DNA of 64,000 nt, taken from Auanema rhodensis. Its lineage: Eukaryota; Animalia; Nematoda. The stretch's first letter is position 1; every line of letters starts with the position of its first letter. The notes beneath the pieces were generated by a model. The model ran no database searches and was not told the origin of the DNA. It saw nothing but the letters and a program-made list of their open reading frames with translations. The translations under genes were made by a program, and so were the position numbers. Of this stretch, positions 1 to 12,300 are shown one piece after another. The stretch spans positions 17,856,001-17,920,000 of the forward strand of contig OZ059897.1 in assembly GCA_964057225.1 (NCBI GenBank). Reading direction: 5' to 3'.

Positions 1-24
1 TGTGAACTTATATCAGTTGATATC

Positions 25-91
25 TCGGTGCATTTTTAAGCTAGCGCAAATCTGATAACACAGATCGACGCAGCTTAAAAATCCGCATCGA
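25..91. other. Long imperfect inverted repeat (~26-bp stem) in every monomer (first instance given)
   Basis: TCGGTGC(25-31)/GCATCGA(85-91) with one G-T pair; ATTTTTAAGCT(32-42)/AGCTTAAAAAT(72-82), a perfect 11 bp; GCG(44-46)/CGC(69-71); ATCTG(50-54)/CAGAT(61-65); loop ATAACA. Confidence 0.88.
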
Positions 92-165
92 ATGCACTAT
101 ACTACATTGAGAAACGCTTAATACAAAAATTAGTTATAATCGTTTGAAAAATGATGCATTAGTGT

Positions 166-193
166 ATGTTGAGTTTCCATGTACACTCAACAT
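166..193. other. Perfect 9-bp inverted repeat with 10-nt loop in every monomer (first instance given)
   Basis: ATGTTGAGT(166-174)-TTCCATGTAC-ACTCAACAT(185-193). Confidence 0.88.
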
Positions 194-206
194 TGCTTCC
201 AAAAAC

Positions 207-241
207 ATTTTGACAAAAATTTTTTCGAAAAATTTCAAAAT
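207..241. other. AT-rich imperfect palindrome centred on TTTTTCGAAAAA in every monomer (first instance given)
   Basis: A perfect 12-bp palindrome at 221-232 flanked by ATTTTGA(207-213)/TCAAAAT(235-241). Low complexity, so partly expected by chance. Confidence 0.75.
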
Positions 242-343
242 AATTTAGCAAAAAGTAGATGTTTTTAGATTCCATTTTTTAAGGCAAAGACGATGGACAA
301 TGTTATTCAACGAAAAAAGTAATTCTTCAGGGTGAAAATCGAG

Positions 344-365
344 GATATAAGTGTGAACTTATATC
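344..365 (+). other. Perfect 9-bp inverted repeat with GTGA loop, present at every monomer junction (first instance given)
   Basis: GATATAAGT-GTGA-ACTTATATC; the arms are exact reverse complements. Confidence 0.9.
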
Positions 366-3300
366 AGTTGATATCTCGGTGCATTTTTAAGCTAGCGCAA
401 ATCTGATAACACAGATCGACGCAGCTTAAAAATCCGCATCGAATGCACTATACTACATTGAGAAACGCTTAATACAAAAATTAGTTATAATCGTTTGAAA
501 AATGATGCATTAGTGTATGTTGAGTTTCCATGTACACTCAACATTGCTTCCAAAAACATTTTGACAAAAATTTTTTCGAAAAATTTCAAAATAATTTAGC
601 AAAAAGTAGATGTTTTTAGATTCCATTTTCCAAGGCGAAGACGATGGACAATCTTATTCAACGAAAAAATTAATTCTTCAGGGTGAAAATCGAGGATATA
701 AGTGTGAACTTATATCAGTTGATATCTCGGTGCATTTTTAAGCTAGCGCAAATCTGATAACACAGATCGACGCAGCTTAAAAATCCGCATCGAATGCACT
801 ATACTACATTGAGAAACCCTTAATACAAAAATTAGTTATGATCGTTTGAAAAATGATGCATTAGTGTATGTTGAGTTTCCATGTACACTCAACATTGCTT
901 CCAAAAACAATTTGACAAAAATTTTTTCGAAAAATTTCAAAATAATTTAGCAAAAAGTAGATGTTTTTAGATTCCATTTTTTAAGGCAAAGACGATGGAC
1001 AATGTTATTCAACGAAAAAAGTAATTCTTCAGGGTGAAAATCGAGGATATAAGTGTGAACTTATATCAGTTGATATCTCGGTGCATTTTTAAGCTAGCGC
1101 AAATCTGATAACACAGATCGACGCAGCTTAAAAATCCGCATCGAATGCACTATACTACATTGAGAAACGCTTAATACAAAAATTAGTTATAATCGTTTGA
1201 AAAATGATGCATTAGTGTATGTTGAGTTTCCATGTACACTCAACATTGCTTCCAAAAACATTTTGACAAAAATTTTTTCGAAAAATTTCAAAATAATTTA
1301 GCAAAAAGTAGATGTTTTTAGATTCCATTTTCCAAGGCGAAGACGATGGACAATCTTATTCAACGAAAAAATTAATTCTTCAGGGTGAAAATCGAGGATA
1401 TAAGTGTGAACTTATATCAGTTGATATCTCGGTGCATTTTTAAGCTAGCGCAAATCTGATAACACAGATCGACGCAGCTTAAAAATCCGCATCGAATGCA
1501 CTATACTACATTGAGAAACCCTTAATACAAAAATTAGTTATGATCGTTTGAAAAATGATGCATTAGTGTATGTTGAGTTTCCATGTACACTCAACATTGC
1601 TTCCAAAAACATTTTGACAAAAATTTTTTCGAAAAATTTCAAAATAATTTAGCAAAAAGTAGATGTTTTTAGATTCCATTTTTCAAAGCAAAGACGATGG
1701 ACAATGTTATTCAACGAAAAAAGTAATTCTTCAGGGTGAAAATCGAGGATATAAGTGTGAACTTATATCAGTTGATATCTCGGTGCATTTTTAAGCTAGC
1801 GCAAATCTGATAACACAGATCGACGCAGCTTAAAAATCCGCATCGAATCCACTATACTACATTGAGAAACGCTTAATACAAAAATTAGTTATAATCGTTT
1901 GAAAAATGATGCATTAGTGTATGTTGAGTTTCCATGTACACTCAACATTGCTTCCAAAAACATTTTGACAAAAATTTTTTCGAAAAATTTCAAGATAATT
2001 TAGCAAAAAGTAGATGTTTTTAGATTTCATTTTCCAAGGCGAAGACGATGGACAATGTTATTCAACGAAAAAATTAATTCTTCAGGGTGAAAATCGAGGA
2101 TATAAGTGTGAACATATATCAGTTGATATCTCGGTGCATTTTTAAGCTAGCGCAAATCTGATAACACAGATCGACGCAGCTTAAAAATCCGCATCGAATG
2201 CACTATACTACATCGAGAAACGCTTAATACAAAAATTAGTTATAATCGTTTGAAAAATGATGCATTAGTGTATGTTGAGTTTCCATGTACACTCAACATT
2301 GCTTCCAAAAACATTTTGACAAAAATTTTTTCGAAAAATTTCAAAATAATTTAGCAAAAAGTAGATGTTTTTAGATTCCATTTTTCAAGGCAAAACCGAT
2401 GGACAATGTTATTCAACGAAAAAAGTAATTCTTCAGGGTGAAAATCGAGGATATAAGTGTGAACTTATATCAGTTGATATCTCGGTGCATTTTTAAGCTA
2501 GCGCAAATCTGATAACACAGATCGACGCAGCTTAAAAATCCGCATCGAATGCACTATACTACATCGAGAAACGCTTAATACAAAAATTAGTTATAATCGT
2601 TTGAAAAATGATGCATTAGTGTATGTTGAGTTTCCATGTACACTCAACATTGCTTCCAAAAACATTTTGACAAAAATTTTTTTCGAAAAATTTCAAAATA
2701 ATTTAGCAAAAAGTAGATGTTTTTAGATTCCATTTTTCAAGGCAAAGACGATGGACAATGTTATTCAACGAAAAAATTAATTCTTCAGGGTGAAAATCGA
2801 GGATATAAGTGTGAACTTATATCAGTTGATATCTTGGTGCATTTTTAAGCTAGCGCAAATCTGATAACACAGATCGACGCAGCTTAAAAATCCGCATCGA
2901 ATGCACTATACTACATTGAGAAACGCTTAATACAAAAATTAGTTATGATCGTTTGAAAAATGATGCATTAGTGTATGTTGAGTTTCCATGTACACTCAAC
3001 ATTGCTTCCAAAAACATTTTGACAAAAATTTTTTCGAAAAATTTCAAAATAATTTAGCAAAAAGTAGATGTTTTTAGATTCCATTTTTCAAGGCAAAGAC
3101 GATGGACAATGTTATTCAACGAAAAAAGTAATTCTTCAGGGTGAAAATCGAGGATATAAGTGTGAACTTATATCAGTTGATATCTTGGTGCATTTTTAAG
3201 CTAGCGCAAATCTGATAACACAGATCGACGCAGCTTAAAAATCCGCATCGAATGCACTATACTACATTGAGAAACGCTTAATACAAAAATTAGTTATGAT

Positions 3301-6300
3301 CGTTTGAAAAATGATGCATTAGTGTATGTTGAGTTTCCATGTACACTCAACATTGCTTCCAAAAACATTTTGACAAAAATTTTTTCGAAAAATTTCAAAA
3401 TAATTTAGCAAAAAGTAGATGTTTTTAGATTCCATTTTTTAAGGCAAAGACGATGGACAATGTTATTCAACGAAAAAAGTAATTCTTCAGGGTGAAAATC
3501 GAGGATATAAGTGTGAACTTATATCAGTTGATATCTCGGTGCATTTTTAAGCTAGCGCAAATCTGATAACACAGATCGACGCAGCTTAAAAATCCGCATC
3601 GAATGCACTATACTACATTGAGAAACGCTTAATACAAAAATTAGTTATAATCGTTTGAAAAATGATGCATTAGTGTATGTTGAGTTTCCATGTACACTCA
3701 ACATTGCTTCCAAAAACATTTTGACAAAAATTTTTTCGAAAAATTTCAAAATAATTTAGCAAAAAGTAGATGTTTTTAGATTCCATTTTTTAAGGCAAAG
3801 ACGATGGACAATGTTATTCAACGAAAAAAGTAATTCTTCAGGGTGAAAATCGAGGATATAAGTGTGAACTTATATCAGTTGATATCTCGGTGCATTTTTA
3901 AGCTAGCGCAAATCTGATAACACAGATCGACGCAGCTTAAAAATCCGCATCGAATGCACTATACTACATTGAGAAACGCTTAATACAAAAATTAGTTATA
4001 ATCGTTTGAAAAATGATGCATTAGTGTATGTTGAGTTTCCATGTACACTCAACATTGCTTCCAAAAACATTTTGACAAAAATTTTTTCGAAAAATTTCAA
4101 AATAATTTAGCAAAAAGTAGATGTTTTTAGATTCCATTTTCCAAGGCGAAGACGATGGACAATCTTATTCAACGAAAAAATTAATTCTTCAGGGTGAAAA
4201 TCGAGGATATAAGTGTGAACTTATATCAGTTGATATCTCGGTGCATTTTTAAGCTAGCGCAAATCTGATAACACAGATCGACGCAGCTTAAAAATCCGCA
4301 TCGAATGCACTATACTACATTGAGAAACCCTTAATACAAAAATTAGTTATGATCGTTTGAAAAATGATGCATTAGTGTATGTTGAGTTTCCATGTACACT
4401 CAACATTGCTTCCAAAAACATTTTGACAAAAATTTTTTCGAAAAATTTCAAAATAATTTAGCAAAAAGTAGATGTTTTTAGATTCCATTTTTTAAGGCAA
4501 AGACGATGGACAATGTTATTCAACGAAAAAAGTAATTCTTCAGGGTGAAAATCGAGGATATAAGTGTGAACTTATATCAGTTGATATCTCGGTGCATTTT
4601 TAAGCTAGCGCAAATCTGATAACACAGATCGACGCAGCTTAAAAATCCGCATCGAATGCACTATACTACATTGAGAAACGCTTAATACAAAAATTAGTTA
4701 TAATCGTTTGAAAAATGATGCATTAGTGTATGTTGAGTTTCCATGTACACTCAACATTGCTTCCAAAAACATTTTGACAAAAATTTTTTCGAAAAATTTC
4801 AAAATAATTTAGCAAAAAGTAGATGTTTTTAGATTCCATTTTCCAAGGCGAAGACGATGGACAATCTTATTCAACGAAAAAATTAATTCTTCAGGGTGAA
4901 AATCGAGGATATAAGTGTGAACTTATATCAGTTGATATCTCGGTGCATTTTTAAGCTAGCGCAAATCTGATAACACAGATCGACGCAGCTTAAAAATCCG
5001 CATCGAATGCACTATACTACATTGAGAAACCCTTAATACAAAAATTAGTTATGATCGTTTGAAAAATGATGCATTAGTGTATGTTGAGTTTCCATGTACA
5101 CTCAACATTGCTTCCAAAAACATTTTGACAAAAATTTTTTCGAAAAATTTCAAAATAATTTAGCAAAAAGTAGATGTTTTTAGATTCCATTTTTCAAAGC
5201 AAAGACGATGGACAATGTTATTCAACGAAAAAAGTAATTCTTCAGGGTGAAAATCGAGGATATAAGTGTGAACTTATATCAGTTGATATCTCGGTGCATT
5301 TTTAAGCTAGCGCAAATCTGATAACACAGATCGACGCAGCTTAAAAATCCGCATCGAATGCACTATACTACATTGAGAAACGCTTAATACAAAAATTAGT
5401 TATAATCGTTTGAAAAATGATGCATTAGTGTATGTTGAGTTTCCATGTACACTCAACATTGCTTCCAAAAACATTTTGACAAAAATTTTTTCGAAAGATT
5501 TCGAAATAATTTAGCAAAAAGTAGATGTTTTTAGATTTCATTTTCCAAGGAGAAGACGATGGACAATGTTATTCAACGAAAAAATTAATTCTTCAGGGTG
5601 AAAATCGAGGATATAAGTGTGAACTTATATCAGTTGATATCTCGGTGCATTTTTAAGCTAGCGCAAATCTGATAACACAGATCGACGCAGCTTAAAAATC
5701 CGCATCGAATGCACTATACTACATCGAGAAACGCTTAATACAAAAATTAGTTATAATCGTTTGAAAAATGATGCATTAGTGTATGTTGAGTTTCCATGTA
5801 CACTCAACATTGCTTCCAAAAACATTTTGACAAAAATTTTTTTCGAAAAATTTCAAAATAATTTAGCAAAAAGTAGATGTTTTTAGATTCCATTTTTCAA
5901 GGCAAAGACGATGGACAATGTTATTCAACGAAAAAATTAATTCTTCAGGGTGAAAATCGAGGATATAAGTGTGAACTTATATCAGTTGATATCTTGGTGC
6001 ATTTTTAAGCTAGCGCAAATCTGATAACACAGATCGACGCAGCTTAAAAATCCGCATCGAATGCACTATACTACATTGAGAAACGCTTAATACAAAAATT
6101 AGTTATGATCGTTTGAAAAATGATGCATTAGTGTATGTTGAGTTTCCATGTACACTCAACATTGCTTCCAAAAACATTTTGACAAAAATTTTTTCGAAAA
6201 ATTTCAAAATAATTTAGCAAAAAGTAGATGTTTTTAGATTCCATTTTTCAAGGCAAAGACGATGGACAATGTTATTCAACAAAAAAAGTAATTCTTCAGG

Positions 6301-9300
6301 GTGAAAATCGAGGATATAAGTGTGAACTTATATCAGTTGATATCTTGGTGCATTTTTAAGCTAGCGCAAATCTGATAACACAGATCGACGCAGCTTAAAA
6401 ATCCGCATCGAATGCACTATACTACATTGAGAAACGCTTAATACAAAAATTAGTTATGATCGTTTGAAAAATGATGCATTAGTGTATGTTGAGTTTCCAT
6501 GTACACTCAACATTGCTTCCAAAAACATTTTGACAAAAATTTTTTCGAAAAATTTCAAAATAATTTAGCAAAAAGTAGATGTTTTTAGATTCCATTTTTT
6601 AAGGCAAAGACGATGGACAATGTTATTCAACGAAAAAAGTAATTCTTCAGGGTGAAAATCGAGGATATAAGTGTGAACTTATATCAGTTGATATCTCGGT
6701 GCATTTTTAAGCTAGCGCAAATCTGATAACACAGATCGACGCAGCTTAAAAATCCGCATCGAATGCACTATACTACATTGAGAAACGCTTAATACAAAAA
6801 TTAGTTATAATCGTTTGAAAAATGATGCATTAGTGTATGTTGAGTTTCCATGTACACTCAACATTGCTTCCAAAAACATTTTGACAAAAATTTTTTCGAA
6901 AAATTTCAAAATAATTTAGCAAAAAGTAGATGTTTTTAGATTCCATTTTCCAAGGCGAAGACGATGGACAATCTTATTCAACGAAAAAATTAATTCTTCA
7001 GGGTGAAAATCGAGGATATAAGTGTGAACTTATATCAGTTGATATCTCGGTGCATTTTTAAGCTAGCGCAAATCTGATAACACAGATCGACGCAGCTTAA
7101 AAATCCGCATCGAATGCACTATACTACATTGAGAAACCCTTAATACAAAAATTAGTTATGATCGTTTGAAAAATGATGCATTAGTGTATGTTGAGTTTCC
7201 ATGTACACTCAACATTGCTTCCAAAAACATTTTGACAAAAATTTTTTCGAAAAATTTCAAAATAATTTAGCAAAAAGTAGATGTTTTTAGATTCCATTTT
7301 TTAAGGCAAAGACGATGGACAATGTTATTCAACGAAAAAAGTAATTCTTCAGGGTGAAAATCGAGGATATAAGTGTGAACTTATATCAGTTGATATCTCG
7401 GTGCATTTTTAAGCTAGCGCAAATCTGATAACACAGATCGACGCAGCTTAAAAATCCGCATCGAATGCACTATACTACATTGAGAAACGCTTAATACAAA
7501 AATTAGTTATAATCGTTTGAAAAATGATGCATTAGTGTATGTTGAGTTTCCATGTACACTCAACATTGCTTCCAAAAACATTTTGACAAAAATTTTTTCG
7601 AAAAATTTCAAAATAATTTAGCAAAAAGTAGATGTTTTTAGATTCCATTTTCCAAGGCGAAGACGATGGACAATCTTATTCAACGAAAAAATTAATTCTT
7701 CAGGGTGAAAATCGAGGATATAAGTGTGAACTTATATCAGTTGATATCTCGGTGCATTTTTAAGCTAGCGCAAATCTGATAACACAGATCGACGCAGCTT
7801 AAAAATCCGCATCGAATGCACTATACTACATTGAGAAACCCTTAATACAAAAATTAGTTATGATCGTTTGAAAAATGATGCATTAGTGTATGTTGAGTTT
7901 CCATGTACACTCAACATTGCTTCCAAAAACATTTTGACAAAAATTTTTTCGAAAAATTTCAAAATAATTTAGCAAAAAGTAGATGTTTTTAGATTCCATT
8001 TTTCAAAGCAAAGACGATGGACAATGTTATTCAACGAAAAAAGTAATTCTTCAGGGTGAAAATCGAGGATATAAGTGTGAACTTATATCAGTTGATATCT
8101 CGGTGCATTTTTAAGCTAGCGCAAATCTGATAACACAGATCGACGCAGCTTAAAAATCCGCATCGAATGCACTATACTACATTGAGAAACGCTTAATACA
8201 AAAATTAGTTATAATCGTTTGAAAAATGATGCATTAGTGTATGTTGAGTTTCCATGTACACTCAACATTGCTTCCAAAAACATTTTGACAAAAATTTTTT
8301 CGAAAGATTTCGAAATAATTTAGCAAAAAGTAGATGTTTTTAGATTTCATTTTCCAAGGAGAAGACGATGGACAATGTTATTCAACGAAAAAATTAATTC
8401 TTCAGGGTGAAAATCGAGGATATAAGTGTGAACTTATATCAGTTGATATCTCGGTGCATTTTTAAGCTAGCGCAAATCTGATAACACAGATCGACGCAGC
8501 TTAAAAATCCGCATCGAATGCACTATACTACATCGAGAAACGCTTAATACAAAAATTAGTTATAATCGTTTGAAAAATGATGCATTAGTGTATGTTGAGT
8601 TTCCATGTACACTCAACATTGCTTCCAAAAACATTTTGACAAAAATTTTTTTCGAAAAATTTCAAAATAATTTAGCAAAAAGTAGATGTTTTTAGATTCC
8701 ATTTTTCAAGGCAAAGACGATGGACAATGTTATTCAACGAAAAAATTAATTCTTCAGGGTGAAAATCGAGGATATAAGTGTGAACTTATATCAGTTGATA
8801 TCTTGGTGCATTTTTAAGCTAGCGCAAATCTGATAACACAGATCGACGCAGCTTAAAAATCCGCATCGAATGCACTATACTACATTGAGAAACGCTTAAT
8901 ACAAAAATTAGTTATGATCGTTTGAAAAATGATGCATTAGTGTATGTTGAGTTTCCATGTACACTCAACATTGCTTCCAAAAACATTTTGACAAAAATTT
9001 TTTCGAAAAATTTCAAAATAATTTAGCAAAAAGTAGATGTTTTTAGATTCCATTTTTCAAGGCAAAGACGATGGACAATGTTATTCAACGAAAAAAGTAA
9101 TTCTTCAGGGTGAAAATCGAGGATATAAGTGTGAACTTATATCAGTTGATATCTTGGTGCATTTTTAAGCTAGCGCAAATCTGATAACACAGATCGACGC
9201 AGCTTAAAAATCCGCATCGAATGCACTATACTACATTGAGAAACGCTTAATACAAAAATTAGTTATGATCGTTTGAAAAATGATGCATTAGTGTATGTTG

Positions 9301-12300
9301 AGTTTCCATGTACACTCAACATTGCTTCCAAAAACATTTTGACAAAAATTTTTTCGAAAAATTTCAAAATAATTTAGCAAAAAGTAGATGTTTTTAGATT
9401 CCATTTTTTAAGGCAAAGACGATGGACAATGTTATTCAACGAAAAAAGTAATTCTTCAGGGTGAAAATCGAGGATATAAGTGTGAACTTATATCAGTTGA
9501 TATCTCGGTGCATTTTTAAGCTAGCGCAAATCTGATAACACAGATCGACGCAGCTTAAAAATCCGCATCGAATGCACTATACTACATTGAGAAACGCTTA
9601 ATACAAAAATTAGTTATAATCGTTTGAAAAATGATGCATTAGTGTATGTTGAGTTTCCATGTACACTTAACATTGCTTCCAAAAACATTTTGACAAAAAT
9701 TTTTTCGAAAAATTTCAAAATAATTTAGCAAAAAGTAGATGTTTTTAGATTCCATTTTTTAAGGCAAAGACGATGGACAATGTTATTCAACGAAAAAAGT
9801 AATTCTTCAGGGTGAAAATCGAGGATATAAGTGTGAACTTATATCAGTTGATATCTCGGTGCATTTTTAAGCTAGCGCAAATCTGATAACACAGATCGAC
9901 GCAGCTTAAAAATCCGCATCGAATGCACTATACTACATTGAGAAACGCTTAATACAAAAATTAGTTATAATCGTTTGAAAAATGATGCATTAGTGTATGT
10001 TGAGTTTCCATGTACACTTAACATTGCTTCCAAAAACATTTTGACAAAAATTTTTTCGAAAAATTTCAAAATAATTTAGCAAAAAGTAGATGTTTTTAGA
10101 TTCCATTTTTTAAGGCAAAGACGATGGACAATGTTATTCAACGAAAAAAGTAATTCTTCAGGGTGAAAATCGAGGATATAAGTGTGAACTTATATCAGTT
10201 GATATCTCGGTGCATTTTTAAGCTAGCGCAAATCTGATAACACAGATCGACGCAGCTTAAAAATCCGCATCGAATGCACTATACTACATTGAGAAACGCT
10301 TAATACAAAAATTAGTTATAATCGTTTGAAAAATGATGCATTAGTGTATGTTGAGTTTCCATGTACACTTAACATTGCTTCCAAAAACATTTTGACAAAA
10401 ATTTTTTCGAAAAATTTCAAAATAATTTAGCAAAAAGTAGATGTTTTTAGATTCCATTTTTTAAGGCAAAGACGATGGACAATGTTATTCAACGAAAAAA
10501 GTAATTCTTCAGGGTGAAAATCGAGGATATAAGTGTGAACTTATATCAGTTGATATCTCGGTGCATTTTTAAGCTAGCGCAAATCTGATAACACAGATCG
10601 ACGCAGCTTAAAAATCCGCATCGAATGCACTATACTACATTGAGAAACGCTTAATACAAAAATTAGTTATAATCGTTTGAAAAATGATGCATTAGTGTAT
10701 GTTGAGTTTCCATGTACACTTAACATTGCTTCCAAAAACATTTTGACAAAAATTTTTTCGAAAAATTTCAAAATAATTTAGCAAAAAGTAGATGTTTTTA
10801 GATTCCATTTTTTAAGGCAAAGACGATGGACAATGTTATTCAACGAAAAAAGTAATTCTTCAGGGTGAAAATCGAGGATATAAGTGTGAACTTATATCAG
10901 TTGATATCTCGGTGCATTTTTAAGCTAGCGCAAATCTGATAACACAGATCGACGCAGCTTAAAAATCCGCATCGAATGCACTATACTACATTGAGAAACG
11001 CTTAATACAAAAATTAGTTATAATCGTTTGAAAAATGATGCATTAGTGTATGTTGAGTTTCCATGTACACTTAACATTGCTTCCAAAAACATTTTGACAA
11101 AAATTTTTTCGAAAAATTTCAAAATAATTTAGCAAAAAGTAGATGTTTTTAGATTCCATTTTTTAAGGCAAAGACGATGGACAATGTTATTCAACGAAAA
11201 AAGTAATTCTTCAGGGTGAAAATCGAGGATATAAGTGTGAACTTATATCAGTTGATATCTCGGTGCATTTTTAAGCTAGCGCAAATCTGATAACACAGAT
11301 CGACGCAGCTTAAAAATCCGCATCGAATGCACTATACTACATTGAGAAACGCTTAATACAAAAATTAGTTATAATCGTTTGAAAAATGATGCATTAGTGT
11401 ATGTTGAGTTTCCATGTACACTCAACATTGCTTCCAAAAACATTTTGACAAAAATTTTTTCGAAAAATTTCAAAATAATTTAGCAAAAAGTAGATGTTTT
11501 TAGATTCCATTTTCCAAGGCGAAGACGATGGACAATCTTATTCAACGAAAAAATTAATTCTTCAGGGTGAAAATCGAGGATATAAGTGTGAACTTATATC
11601 AGTTGATATCTCGGTGCATTTTTAAGCTAGCGCAAATCTGATAACACAGATCGACGCAGCTTAAAAATCCGCATCGAATGCACTATACTACATTGAGAAA
11701 CCCTTAATACAAAAATTAGTTATGATCGTTTGAAAAATGATGCATTAGTGTATGTTGAGTTTCCATGTACACTCAACATTGCTTCCAAAAACATTTTGAC
11801 AAAAATTTTTTCGAAAAATTTCAAAATAATTTAGCAAAAAGTAGATGTTTTTAGATTCCATTTTTTAAGGCAAAGACGATGGACAATGTTATTCAACGAA
11901 AAAAGTAATTCTTCAGGGTGAAAATCGAGGATATAAGTGTGAACTTATATCAGTTGATATCTCGGTGCATTTTTAAGCTAGCGCAAATCTGATAACACAG
12001 ATCGACGCAGCTTAAAAATCCGCATCGAATGCACTATACTACATTGAGAAACGCTTAATACAAAAATTAGTTATAATCGTTTGAAAAATGATGCATTAGT
12101 GTATGTTGAGTTTCCATGTACACTCAACATTGCTTCCAAAAACATTTTGACAAAAATTTTTTCGAAAAATTTCAAAATAATTTAGCAAAAAGTAGATGTT
12201 TTTAGATTCCATTTTCCAAGGCGAAGACGATGGACAATCTTATTCAACGAAAAAATTAATTCTTCAGGGTGAAAATCGAGGATATAAGTGTGAACTTATA

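Larger units (their letters stand above)
1..351. repeat. Representative monomer (351 bp, ~31% GC, 15 A/T tracts of 4 nt or more, 12 CpG)
   Basis: Hand count gives 52 C + 57 G in 351 nt. Main polymorphic sites are p8, 10, 12, 26, 35, 64, 108, 116, 138, 239, 272, 279-280, 286, 302, 312, 319 and 320. Confidence 0.97.

Noticed and set aside
135-140. TATAAT bacterial -10-like hexamer and hairpins read as promoters or terminators
   Set aside because: Expected by chance in AT-rich DNA, polymorphic (TATGAT), and there is no gene context.
299-315. CENP-B box-like motif on the - strand (TTTCGTTGAATAACATT)
   Set aside because: It matches the TTCG half and the central A but lacks the essential CGGG half of NTTCGNNNNANNCGGGN.
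324-330. Hammerhead ribozyme / retrozyme-type repeat (CUGAAGA on the - strand; CUGAUAA at 52-58 on the + strand)
   Set aside because: I could not build a stem II closing onto GAAA, nor stems I and III with an NUH site, around either motif, and the + strand motif lacks the conserved G8. An Infernal/RNAMotif search with hammerhead models would settle it.
1-351. Tandem 5S rRNA, tRNA, snRNA or spliced-leader gene array
   Set aside because: No recognisable 5S, tRNA cloverleaf, Pol III A/B box or SL sequence was seen, and 31% GC is atypical. Not formally excluded without an Rfam scan.
1-351. Identity with the Drosophila 1.688 (359-bp) or tenebrionid 350-360-bp satellites
   Set aside because: Only monomer length and AT richness are similar; I cannot support sequence homology without a database search.
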